Assembly: GCA_002684655.1 (NCBI GenBank)
Contig: NYVR01000022.1
Location: forward strand, 30,175-94,174
Length of the DNA stretch: 64,000 nt
From: Planctomycetota bacterium
GTDB lineage: Bacteria; Planctomycetota; UBA1135; UBA2386
Direction: 5' to 3'
Notes under the pieces: model-generated
What the model was told of the DNA's origin: nothing
What the model saw: only the letters and a program-made list of their open reading frames with translations
The model's database searches: none
In this document: positions 44,461 to 53,309 of the stretch, in pieces
Position numbering within the stretch: the first letter of the stretch is position 1
How the letters are laid out: the number at the start of each line of letters is the position of its first letter
Translations under genes and position numbers: made by a program

Positions 44461-45402
44461 ATGGGGCGATCTCGGTCGCCCGGGGCTTTTGTTTACGACG
44501 TCGCCGCTGCTGGCGATGATGGCGGCGTGGCCCAATCGACGTTCGCGCCCGGGATCTTTGCGCTCGCCTTGCTGGCGGGCTGCGCTGATGCGCCGCCGTG
44601 GAGCGAGCCTACCTGGCGTCCGGCCTCGGCGCCGCAGCGCGTCGTCGCGGCCTCGGTGCTGGCCGCTGAGTCTCTGTTCGGTCTCCTCCCCAGCGACCGT
44701 CTGGCTGGCGCGCACCTCTTTACGGCGGACCCTGGCTACTGCCTGGTCGCTGATCTCGCCGAAGGGGTCAGGCTGGTCGGCGCTGCCCCTGAGCAGCTGC
44801 TCTCTGTCGAGCCGGACCTCGTGCTGGTCGACGCGTACACGCGCCCAGAGACGTTCGCCTTGCTGAGCCTCGCGGGCGTGCCGGTAGTACGCACCATCGA
44901 CCCCCACAGCTTCGCTGACATCGAGCGCAATCTGCGCACGATCGGGCGAGTCACCCACATGGAGGACGGGCTCGCCGACGTCATCGCGAAGATGCAGCAG
45001 CAGCTCCAGGTGGTCGAAGACCTCGGCGAAGAGCTGCCGCGCTGGCGCATCCTCAGCCTCGACGGCGCGCTACACACCTACGGCGAAGGATCGCTGTTCG
45101 ATGCCGTGGCGCGCGCGGCGGGCGTGACCAACGTCGCCGCTGAGCGCGGCGTCGAATTGTTCCGCAAGCTCGACATAGAGGAGGTGCTCGCGTGGCGGCC
45201 GGACGCCGTCGTTTTATCCGGCGAGCCGGGTCAGGAACGGCCCGCATGGATCGCGCAGTTCCCCGGCCTTGAGCTGTTGCCGTGCGTCGCGCGCGGTCGC
45301 CTGGTGTTCGTGCCCGGGCCGCTGTTGACCACGACGTCCCACTACCTCGTCGACGTTGCCGCGTGCGTGCAGCGTCAGCTCAAAGAGTGGGGCTCACCGT
45401 GA
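44461..45402 (+). CDS. ABC transporter periplasmic binding protein (Fe-siderophore/heme/cobalamin class, FecB/BtuF-like)
   Basis: Lipobox FALALLAGC. RVVAASVLAAESLFGL, PDLVLVDAY and WRPDAVVLSG fit the class III SBP pattern. The start could be 44461 (ATG) or 44527 (GTG). Confidence 0.75.
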   Translation: MGRSRSPGAFVYDVAAAGDDGGVAQSTFAPGIFALALLAGCADAPPWSEPTWRPASAPQRVVAASVLAAESLFGLLPSDRLAGAHLFTADPGYCLVADLAEGVRLVGAAPEQLLSVEPDLVLVDAYTRPETFALLSLAGVPVVRTIDPHSFADIERNLRTIGRVTHMEDGLADVIAKMQQQLQVVEDLGEELPRWRILSLDGALHTYGEGSLFDAVARAAGVTNVAAERGVELFRKLDIEEVLAWRPDAVVLSGEPGQERPAWIAQFPGLELLPCVARGRLVFVPGPLLTTTSHYLVDVAACVQRQLKEWGSP

Positions 45403-46415
45403 AGCGTCGGCTGCCGTTCGTGTTGCTGTTTGTGCTCGTCGCTGCGGCGATTCTGCACATGGGGTTCGCGCGGGAACGCCCCGACGTCGCCTCTCTCTGC
45501 GCGTGGCTGTTGTCGTGGACAGGCCTCCTCGAAGCTCCTGACGCAGCGGAACGCTTCGTCTTGGGCGACATCCGCGCCCCCCGCCTGCTGGTCGCAATTT
45601 TCGGCGGCGGCGCGTTGGCGTTGGCTGGAACCGTCATGCAAGCGACGTTCCGGAACCCGCTCGCATCCCCCGACATCATCGGCACAGCGGCAGGTGCGGC
45701 GTTCGGCGGCGCGCTGGCGATCGTCTTCGGCTGGGCCGACGCCGGCGTAGCGTTCACGCCTGCGTTGGCGATGCTCGGCGCCGTCGGCGTGACCTCGCTG
45801 GTGTTCGTCCTGGCAGGCGCAAACGGCCGCTTCACGGTGGCAAACCTGCTGTTGGCAGGGGTCGCGCTCAACACCCTGTTCGGCGCGTTGACGTCCTTTG
45901 TCATCACGTTCGTGTTTGACAACTACACCGCGAGCTCACGGGTGCTGTTTTGGCTGATGGGCGGCCTCGACGCGCGCACCTGGCAGCACGCCTGGATCAC
46001 GGCTGGCGGCTTCGTTGTGTTCTCGGCGCTTGTCTGGCGGCGGGCGCGCGAGCTAGACCTTTTGACGCTCCGTGACGACAGCGCGCACAGCCTGGGCGTT
46101 GACGCGCAGCGGGCGCGGCGAACGCTGGTGTGGTGGGCCTGCGGCCTGACCGCGACGACGGTCGCGAACAGCGGCGGTATCGCGTTTGTCGGGTTGATCG
46201 TGCCGCACCTCGCGCGGCTGTTGGTGGGGCCAGCGCACCGTGTCCTCCTGCCTACGGCTGCGCTGCTCGGCGCCGTGCTGATGGTGCTGAGTGATCTCGC
46301 TTGCCGCACTGCGCCGGCGTCGTGGAACCTTCGCCTCGGGGTTGTCACGGCCATCGCCGGGGCGCCCTACTTCCTCTACTTGCTGGCGCGTCAACGTCGG
46401 GGGCAAGCGCTGTGA
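45399..46415 (+). CDS. FecCD-family ABC permease
   Basis: GTGA overlap with the SBP stop. LRAPRLLVAIFGGGALALAGTVMQATFRNPLASPDIIG is the canonical FecCD motif. There are about 9-10 TM segments. Confidence 0.85.
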   Translation: MKRRLPFVLLFVLVAAAILHMGFARERPDVASLCAWLLSWTGLLEAPDAAERFVLGDIRAPRLLVAIFGGGALALAGTVMQATFRNPLASPDIIGTAAGAAFGGALAIVFGWADAGVAFTPALAMLGAVGVTSLVFVLAGANGRFTVANLLLAGVALNTLFGALTSFVITFVFDNYTASSRVLFWLMGGLDARTWQHAWITAGGFVVFSALVWRRARELDLLTLRDDSAHSLGVDAQRARRTLVWWACGLTATTVANSGGIAFVGLIVPHLARLLVGPAHRVLLPTAALLGAVLMVLSDLACRTAPASWNLRLGVVTAIAGAPYFLYLLARQRRGQAL

Positions 46416-47173
46416 CGTCGATCGCCGCCGAGATGCTGTCGCTTCAGCTTGGGTCACGCTCGGTGCTAGACGGCGTCTCCTTCGAGGTCCGTCCAGGGGA
46501 GCTGGTGCTGCTCGCGGGCCGCAACGGCGCCGGCAAGAGCACGGTGCTGCGCTGCCTCACCGGGGCTCTCCGGCCCGACGCTGGCGGCGCGCAGCTAGGC
46601 GGGCGACCGGTGCTGGGATGGGAGCCACGAGCCCGGGCGCGCGAGCTCGCCTTCGTCCCGCAGGACACGGACGTGCCGTTTGACTTCACCGGCAGGGAGC
46701 TAGTGACGATGGGGCGTCACCCCCACCGCGGGCGTCGCGAGGCGCTGGGCCCTGATGACTACGCTGCGATTGACCGCGCGCTGTCGCTGGTCGACGCGAC
46801 GTCTTTCGCGGATCGCGCCGTCACGACCTTGTCTGGCGGGGAGCAGCGACGGGTCGCCGTGGCCCGAGCACTCGCGACGCAGTCTAAGCTGCTGCTGCTC
46901 GACGAGCCGACCAACAACCTCGACATCGAGCACGCGCTACAGCTCGTGCAGCTGTTGCGAAACCTCGTCGATCAGGGTCACGGCGTGCTCGTTGCCAGCC
47001 ATGACCTCAACCTGTTCGCGCCGCGGTGTGACCGCGTGATGTTATTGCACGACGGGCGAGTCCACGCGGATGCGCCGCCCGAGCAGGCCCTTCGCGCTGC
47101 GAACATCGCGCACGTGTTCGGCGTCCGCGCGGCGGCGCCGAGCGGCTTCTTCCCTCAAGACTTCACGCTCTAG
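46412..47173 (+). CDS. ABC transporter ATP-binding protein (FecE/FepC-like)
   Basis: GTGA overlap. Walker A GRNGAGKST, signature LSGGEQRRV, Walker B LLLLDEPT, H-loop SHD. Confidence 0.85.
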   Translation: MTSIAAEMLSLQLGSRSVLDGVSFEVRPGELVLLAGRNGAGKSTVLRCLTGALRPDAGGAQLGGRPVLGWEPRARARELAFVPQDTDVPFDFTGRELVTMGRHPHRGRREALGPDDYAAIDRALSLVDATSFADRAVTTLSGGEQRRVAVARALATQSKLLLLDEPTNNLDIEHALQLVQLLRNLVDQGHGVLVASHDLNLFAPRCDRVMLLHDGRVHADAPPEQALRAANIAHVFGVRAAAPSGFFPQDFTL

Positions 47174-47229
47174 GTCAGCAGCATCCGCGCGCACGCGGCG
47201 TCGGCTGGGGCGAAGCCGGGTCGGCTGGT

Positions 47230-47889
47230 TCAGAGGCCAGCGCCGCCGGACACCTCGCTCGGCTCGTCGTCGCGGTTGGTGTCGCTGTTGCGCAGGCAGA
47301 AGTCGCTTAGACCTTTTACGTCGCGCGGCAGCTCGGTGTGTCTTTCGAGCTGGGCGAGCAGCACATCGATGGTCGCGTGCGTGTCGTGTTCGGCCGCGTG
47401 CGCCCCCTCGAGCTCACGGCCGCAGTAGTGCCGTACAGCTGCTGAGAGGTTGCGGGGCCCCATTAAGAAACGGTCCCACGTCTTTTCGCAGACGTTGAAG
47501 ATGACCTTGACGTCGACCTGCGCGCGGTTGCCCTCTTCGTAGGCGATCTCGTGACGCCTGCACTCGTTGCGCCACAGGGGCATGTCGTAGTTGATCTGGT
47601 TGAACCCGGCGATGTCGCTGTCTCCGAGGAAATCGAGCAGCTTGTCGCCGACCTTCTTGAGCGGCGGGCCCCAGAACAGCCCCATCGCGTCATTGGAGTG
47701 GACGCCTGTGATCTTGGCGGCGGTCTTGCTGACCTCGATGCCTGGGTTGATGCGTTGCACGAACTCCTCTCGCGTGCCGTCGGGCAGCAGGCGGATGAAC
47801 GCGAGCTCGAGTATCCGGTCGTTCTTTACGTCCAGTCCGGTGGTTTCGAAGTCGAGGAAGACGAGGGGGCGCTCAAGTTGGAGGATCAT
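47230..47889 (-). CDS. DEDDh-type 3'-5' exonuclease (DnaQ-like domain)
   Basis: Exo I motif LVFLDFETTGLD, then NQINYDMPL, then AHAAEHDTHATIDVL (H-x4-D). The start is taken at ATG 47889. Confidence 0.75.
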   Translation of the reverse strand: MILQLERPLVFLDFETTGLDVKNDRILELAFIRLLPDGTREEFVQRINPGIEVSKTAAKITGVHSNDAMGLFWGPPLKKVGDKLLDFLGDSDIAGFNQINYDMPLWRNECRRHEIAYEEGNRAQVDVKVIFNVCEKTWDRFLMGPRNLSAAVRHYCGRELEGAHAAEHDTHATIDVLLAQLERHTELPRDVKGLSDFCLRNSDTNRDDEPSEVSGGAGL

Positions 47890-48021
47890 GCGAAGAAAGC
47901 TGTCTCTGTGAGCCGCGCGGATGGACCTGCCCGCGACCGTCGCGGTGTTGGTTGGCGCCCCCATTTTGCGCCGTGTCTCCCGCGGGGCAAGCGCGCCCAG
48001 CAGGGATCTGCGCGCAGCCGC

Positions 48022-48576
48022 CTAGCCTCTGGTGAGCCAGCGCTGGGCGAGCGCGTCGATCTGTCCGGCCCAGTCTCCACGCGGGCCCCGCTGGTTCTCG
48101 AGCTCTCGGAACTCGTTCAGCCACTGCAGCTGGTCGTCCGCGCCGACGAAGCGGTTACACGCCGGAAAGAGCTCGCGCTCCTCGAGCAGCTGGCGGCGCT
48201 TTAGCCGCTGTACGAGCGCGCTCACGGTCGATGTGAAACCGACCGTTTCTTCTTTGGTGAGCTCGCCCAGGGGCTCCCAGAAGAGCACTAAGGAGTGAAG
48301 CAGCTCGCCGATCTCCTCGCGCAGGCGGAACAGCTCCCCCACCAGCTCGGCTGCTCGCTCGTCGCCGCGCATGGCGACCGCGGGGCCGACCAGGTCGTCT
48401 TCCTTGCGCATATGCACGGCGACGACCCATTCGCGCAGGAAGCGCAGCGCAACGGCGACGTCGGCCGCCGGGAACGCCGCGCCGCGCTCGACGCCGTCGG
48501 CGATGGCCGCCAAGCAAGAAACCCCCCTCGCGGCGACCTGGTGGTCGTCCATCAGGTGCTCCGTGGGGCGTTCCAT
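48022..48576 (-). CDS. Hemerythrin-like (HHE cation-binding) domain protein
   Basis: MERPTEHLMDDHQV..., VAVHMRKEDDLV, LHSLVLFWEP and EERELFPA give spaced His/Glu/Asp ligand-like residues in a four-helix pattern. Confidence 0.6.
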   Translation of the reverse strand: MERPTEHLMDDHQVAARGVSCLAAIADGVERGAAFPAADVAVALRFLREWVVAVHMRKEDDLVGPAVAMRGDERAAELVGELFRLREEIGELLHSLVLFWEPLGELTKEETVGFTSTVSALVQRLKRRQLLEERELFPACNRFVGADDQLQWLNEFRELENQRGPRGDWAGQIDALAQRWLTRG

Positions 48577-49171
48577 GATCGTTCGTCGTCGGACAGCGCG
48601 TCGCTGCATGGAGGTCCAACCCGGCTCGTAGCAGAGTATTTCGGTCGGAAGCCTGCCGAGGCAGAGTCATCGGGGGAGGGCGAAAAAAACCCGAACAGAA
48701 TTGTTGACAGATCTAAACAGGTGACTAACTTTGATCCGAACAAACAGCAAACAGAACCTCAGCCCAGAAACCGAACATGGTATCGCACAGCCAAAAGTCT
48801 CTCCCGCTCCGAGCATCGACGCGCCATAACGATGGGAGGCCGATCGCCGTCGTATCGCGTATCCGTCACGCGGCCCCAGCTCGGTCACGAGCGGCCGCGG
48901 CAAACCCTCCCATAGAACCTGTAAGCAACTGCTGGAAAGATACTAAGGGTTCTTTTTCGAGCGCGCATCGGCGCGCTGTCTGGGCCCAGGATGTTCGCGC
49001 GGCGTCGTCGCTCAACGCAGGCTCAAACCGCGCTGGCGCGGTCGCGACGTTGGCCGGCGTCGCGACGGCCGACGCCGAACCAGGCGACGCGTTTGCGCGA
49101 AACCGCATTCAGCATGCCTTGGATCTGTTCGGTGCCTGTATGATGATCGCGGCCGTCATGGCGTTTGCGAT

Positions 49172-49186
49172 GTTCGCATGACGTTC
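49172..49186. promoter_or_regulatory. Candidate LexA operator of the GTTC-N7-GTTC type
   Basis: GTTCgcatgacGTTC lies 137 nt upstream of the lexA ATG. This direct-repeat SOS box is established for Alphaproteobacteria only, so applying it here is speculative. Confidence 0.25.
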
Positions 49187-49322
49187 GGGCGAGGCGCCTG
49201 ACGACCGAGGCCTGGTCCCTATCGAACCGCGTATCCGCGCACATCGTCCTGACCATCTACCTCCCTGACGCCGACTTTCTGACGAATCGCCCCGAGCGTG
49301 GGCTACTGACTGGAGAGCTGCC

Positions 49323-49949
49323 ATGAACCTGATGCTCACAGAGAAGCAAATTCGCGTGCTGCGCTACTTCCGCGACTATCGGCGCGAAAACGGGATCGCG
49401 CCGACTTTGGACGAGGCCGCGCAGGCGCTTGGCGTCAGCAAGATCACCATCCACGAGCACCTCAACCAGCTGACGAAGAAGGGCGCGATCCACCGTGACC
49501 GAGCGAAAGCGCGCGCCGTAGCCATTCTCTATGACCCGGACGCCGCGCCGGGCGATGCGAACGGAGACTCGATCCCGACCTTGCCGCTCGTCGGTTCGAT
49601 CGCGGCGGGCCGACCGATCGACGCGTTGGAGGACCGCGAAGACGTCAGCCTGACCGAGCTCGTCCCGACCGGCGATCGGATCTACATGCTGCGGGTCAAG
49701 GGTAAGTCGATGATCGAGGATCACATCGACGACGGCGATCTCGTCGTGGTGGAGCGCCGCGAGACCGCCAACGACGGAGACATCGTCGTCGCCATCCTTG
49801 AAGACGAAGAGGCCACGCTGAAGCGCTTTTATCGCGAGAGCAACGGCATGATTCGCCTCCAGCCAGCGAACAGCGAGATGGAGCCGCTGTTCACGAATCG
49901 TGTTCAGCTGCGCGGCGTCGTGCGAGGTGTCATCCGCAAGTTCCGGTAA
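49323..49949 (+). CDS. lexA: LexA repressor
   Basis: Winged-helix N-terminus (LTEKQIRVLRYFRDY...NGIAPTLDEAAQALG), cleavage site VGSIAAGRPI, catalytic VKGKSMIEDHI...GDLVVV. Confidence 0.9.
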   Translation: MNLMLTEKQIRVLRYFRDYRRENGIAPTLDEAAQALGVSKITIHEHLNQLTKKGAIHRDRAKARAVAILYDPDAAPGDANGDSIPTLPLVGSIAAGRPIDALEDREDVSLTELVPTGDRIYMLRVKGKSMIEDHIDDGDLVVVERRETANDGDIVVAILEDEEATLKRFYRESNGMIRLQPANSEMEPLFTNRVQLRGVVRGVIRKFR

Positions 49950-50191
49950 CGCTCGGCTCTCGCCGGTCGCAGCGCTGCCAGCACGTCAGCGCTACCGGCG
50001 CATTAGGATCCATTGCTTGGCAGCTTGTGCTGCTCGACCCCCGGGAGGTTGTGGGATGAGGGAGCTTGACCCACTCTCTCTCACGACCTTCCGGGCGCGT
50101 CTTTTCGACGCATGACGGATCCGGCGTGGGGTCGTTGGAGCCTCGTCCGGGATGCCTGCAGCAAGCGGCGAGGGCCTCTTCGGCGGACTCG

Positions 50192-51931
50192 CTAGGAGTC
50201 CGCGCCGAGCCAGGCCTCTCGAGCTCGCAGCTGCGCAGCGGTCGCCGTCGGATCTAGGACCAAGCGCGCGATGCCGGGGCCTGCGAGGGGAGTTACTTCC
50301 ACGCGCCGGATGACGCCGCGGCGCGCGACCAGGACAGCGAGTGGCTCGCCAACGCTCGCGACCGAAGTGAGGACGGTCTGCCAGGTGCTGTTCGACACCC
50401 GCAGGTCTTCGAACGCGAGCAGCTCGTCGTCCGGGGCGACGCCTCCGCGGCACGCGGGCCCGCCGCGCGTCACCGACGCGACCCTGGTCGTGCCTGCTTT
50501 GAGCGCGAGGCCCAAGAACGGCTTGCCGGCATCACGCGCTTCGAGGCAGAGGCCGACGTCGCGTAGCCAGTCGTCGAGCTCGGGGTCGAGCGAGCCAGCT
50601 ACTAGGCCGACCAGCTCTTCAACAAGCCCGGCCCCTGCGATGTCTGTGACGGCTCGGTGCACGTCCTCCAGGCGGTAGCCGCGACCTTGCTCGAACGTTT
50701 GTTGCCAGAGGGCGCGCAGCACGTGGTCCAGGGAGCGCTCGCCGCCGGTCGCGCGGCGGATGCCTAGGTCGAGGCACATCGCCGCGACGGCGCCGTTGCC
50801 GTAGTAGTTCTGTGAGGAGTTGCGGGTGTCCTCGTCGGGTCGATACAGCCGGATCCAGGCGTCGAAGCTCGACTCCTCCAGGCTGAGCTCCAGGCGACCA
50901 GGTGCGGCGCGCATATTCTGGATGTTCTTCGCCATGGTGGCGCAGTAGTCCGCGTGCGTCATCCTGCCCGCGCGCGTCACCAGGACGTCGTCGTAGTAGG
51001 CGGTCCATCCCTCGATCAACCACAGCAGGCGCGTGTAGTTCTCGGCTTCGTAGTCGTACTCCCAAAACTCAGCAGGCCGCATGCGCTTGACGTTCCACGC
51101 GTGGAACAGCTCATGGGCAGCGAGCCCGAGGAAGTCGCGATAACCTGTAGGCGTCGTCAGCGATGTGCGGGGCATCAGCAGCGTCGAGGAGTCTCGGTGC
51201 TCGAGGCCGCCGTAGCCTTCGCCAGAGAACAGCGCCTGGAAGACGTACCGTTCATAGGGTAGCTCGTCGTCGAAGACGCCTTTGGCGGCGCGAACGATCG
51301 CCGCGAGGTCTTCTGTCAGGGTCGGTGGGGGGGAGACCGACGCGAGACCGTCTAGATCGATCGCGTGGTCGACGCCGTCAACCTGCCACTCGAGTCGTCG
51401 GGTGAGCCCGATCAGGACGGGCGCGTCCAGCGCCTCGTCGAGGCCTGCGGCGCGGAGCGTGCTCCGGCGGTGCCGCTCGGTGGAGCTCTCTTCTCCTCGG
51501 AGGCTGCAGCTCAGCGTCCACTCGCTCGGATAGTCAACGACGAGCTCCGCCTCAGCGTCTCGGTGGCCTCGCGGCCACAGGAGCAGGCATGCGTGGTTCC
51601 AGTAGGCGTGATGAGCGTCGACGTCCGCAGTGCGCACTGTGAGCTCGTGCGTGTAGACGCGGTAACGGAGCTCGATGCCCCCGGCCGCTGCCTCCACCGA
51701 CCAGCGGTTCTTCGCGACCTTGACGCAGGCGAGCGGACGATTGGTGCCTTGTTCGTAGGCGCAGACGCGTGAAACGTGGCGGGCATACTCTCGCAGCAGG
51801 TAGCTGCCAGGCGTCCACGTCGGCAGGAAGAACTCGACCCGCTCAGCGCTGGGCGCGCTCCACGTGGCGCGTATGTGAACCTGGCGCTCAGCTGGCCGGG
51901 TGACGTCGATGTGGAACGCGAGCTTCGTCAC
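50192..51931 (-). CDS. M61 family glycyl aminopeptidase with a C-terminal PDZ domain
   Basis: GGLEHRDS...HELFHAWNVKRMRP (HExxH) and a PDZ-like C-terminus (LGLALKAG...VASVTRGGPACRGGVAPDDELLAFE). GTG start at 51931. Confidence 0.85.
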   Translation of the reverse strand: MTKLAFHIDVTRPAERQVHIRATWSAPSAERVEFFLPTWTPGSYLLREYARHVSRVCAYEQGTNRPLACVKVAKNRWSVEAAAGGIELRYRVYTHELTVRTADVDAHHAYWNHACLLLWPRGHRDAEAELVVDYPSEWTLSCSLRGEESSTERHRRSTLRAAGLDEALDAPVLIGLTRRLEWQVDGVDHAIDLDGLASVSPPPTLTEDLAAIVRAAKGVFDDELPYERYVFQALFSGEGYGGLEHRDSSTLLMPRTSLTTPTGYRDFLGLAAHELFHAWNVKRMRPAEFWEYDYEAENYTRLLWLIEGWTAYYDDVLVTRAGRMTHADYCATMAKNIQNMRAAPGRLELSLEESSFDAWIRLYRPDEDTRNSSQNYYGNGAVAAMCLDLGIRRATGGERSLDHVLRALWQQTFEQGRGYRLEDVHRAVTDIAGAGLVEELVGLVAGSLDPELDDWLRDVGLCLEARDAGKPFLGLALKAGTTRVASVTRGGPACRGGVAPDDELLAFEDLRVSNSTWQTVLTSVASVGEPLAVLVARRGVIRRVEVTPLAGPGIARLVLDPTATAAQLRAREAWLGADS

Positions 51932-51987
51932 GGTGGGGGAGCGAGTTGTTTTCGCCCCACCGAAGCAGGTCCCGGGCGCAGCGAAAC

Positions 51988-52064
51988 TGGCGCACCCGAG
52001 AGGAGTCGAACCTCTGACCTACGGCTTCGGAGACCGTCGCTCTATCCAGCTGAGCTACGGGTGC
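51988..52064 (-). tRNA. tRNA-Arg (anticodon CCG), CCA encoded
   Basis: The reverse complement folds as a cloverleaf: GCACCCG TA GCTC AGCTGGATA GAGC G ACGGT CTCCGAA GCCGT AGGTC AGAGG TTCGACT CCTCT CGGGTGC G CCA. It is 77 nt long. Confidence 0.9.
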
Positions 52065-52277
52065 GCGGAGGAACGGTCTTATCGGCGGGACGGTCGAAAC
52101 TCAACGCTGGCCGAGGTTCGTAGCGCGTCGCGGTTGGCCGTTGACGTTGGGCGCAGCCGCTCCGTGCGCGCGATCGGGGCGGCTTGCCTCGCGATCTGGC
52201 CGGTGCTTCAATATGGCTAACGGAACCTGCAACCTTCCGAGCGTCACGCGCTAGAAGCGTCCGTTCCCCTGTTCGAG

Positions 52278-53198
52278 ATGCAAAGACCCTCCCCCCTTCT
52301 GCTGCTGGCAGCGGGCTTCGCGACCGCTTTCGTCGCAGGGTCTGCGTCCAACCAAGTCGTAGAGGCTTCGGGGAGCGGGGTTGTGTCGGTCGCTGAGATC
52401 GACGCCGACGGCGACTTCCTACCAGACGTCGTCGAGTGGGTCACGCTCACGGACAGCGGCAGCCCGGACACGGACGGAGACCAGATCTCAGATTTTGTCG
52501 AGGTCATCGCAAGCGGATCGCCCAGGCGCGAGAGCTTGCCGTTGCCTGCAGACCAACAACTTCGACTGTTCGTTACGGGCCCTACCCCGGGCTCTTCAGA
52601 CCCGTTTACGTGGATGCACGTCTTCCACCGGATCATGCCGGTCGGCGGCGTTAACCCTGGTGTCGGCGCGATCCAGTCATTCAACCTTTGGTTGGAGAAC
52701 CCGGCGCTGCCGGGCGTGCAGATCCCGCTCAACGACTTCGCGGCCGCAGGCACTGTCTATCGCGAGCGCATCACCATCGACGAAGGGATCTGGATCCAGG
52801 TCTCCGTGCCGTTGGTCTCTCTCTCGATTTTAGAAGCGATCCTGCCCTGCACGATCTGGGCCGAGACTACGGTCGCGGGACAGCAGCTTCAGAGCGGTCA
52901 GCAGCTGATCCCCGTCCCCGCTGGCGCCGCGACGCTCGTGCCGTTCTTCGACGGTCGCTACGTGATCCAGACGCTCAACCCGGTGCCGTCGCTCTCGGCT
53001 CCGCAGAGCATCCAAGCGAACAAGGTTTGTATCTTGACCTTGGATGAGGACACGTCAGGTCCTGCGGGCACGACCTACGTGGTAACGGCCGCGGATTGTG
53101 AGGACGCGAACGACCTCGAGTGTGATTCGTCTTGTAGCCAGTCCGTCGGGTGGACGATCACCATTCCTGGCGGCACGGAGCTGTTGGGCGGCAACTGA
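52278..53198 (+). CDS. Secreted hypothetical protein with Asp-rich calcium-binding-like motifs
   Basis: Signal peptide MQRPSPLLLLAAGFATAFVAGSAS. DADGDFLPD and DTDGDQISD resemble thrombospondin type-3 or dockerin-like Ca-binding loops. Confidence 0.6.
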   Translation: MQRPSPLLLLAAGFATAFVAGSASNQVVEASGSGVVSVAEIDADGDFLPDVVEWVTLTDSGSPDTDGDQISDFVEVIASGSPRRESLPLPADQQLRLFVTGPTPGSSDPFTWMHVFHRIMPVGGVNPGVGAIQSFNLWLENPALPGVQIPLNDFAAAGTVYRERITIDEGIWIQVSVPLVSLSILEAILPCTIWAETTVAGQQLQSGQQLIPVPAGAATLVPFFDGRYVIQTLNPVPSLSAPQSIQANKVCILTLDEDTSGPAGTTYVVTAADCEDANDLECDSSCSQSVGWTITIPGGTELLGGN

Positions 53199-53309
53199 TC
53201 GCTGAAGCGGTGACCGCCGATCGCGTTCATGAGCGAGTTTCTCGATGCAAGCCGCTGAAAATACCGGATTTCGCGGAACCTGAAGCCGTGTAGCTGCCGT
53301 CATAACACC

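Noticed and set aside
44349-44526. Possible cobalamin or other riboswitch upstream of the FecB/BtuF-type ABC importer.
   Set aside because: I could not find a B12-box-like element or the conserved GCCACTG-type core. The region is short and shared with the divergent TMTC-like gene. An Rfam scan would be needed for certainty.
48777-49181. 134-aa plus-strand ORF in the lexA upstream region.
   Set aside because: The translation is mostly Arg/Ala/Ser-rich with no signal of a fold. It spans hairpins and a T-run, and there is no RBS. I treated the region as non-coding, though a short C-terminal hydrophobic peptide cannot be excluded.
51932-52277. Genomic island or integrase adjacent to tRNA-Arg.
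   Set aside because: There is no integrase, no direct repeat of the tRNA 3' end, and no compositional shift next to the tRNA. The flanking genes are ordinary chromosomal genes.
53275-53301. ECF-type promoter-like GGAAC-N18-CGTC just upstream of the ECF sigma gene.
   Set aside because: The -10-like element ends only 8 nt before the sole plausible start codon (GTG 53310). That would give a leaderless GTG mRNA, and the spacer is longer than the usual 16-17 nt. The match is probably fortuitous.
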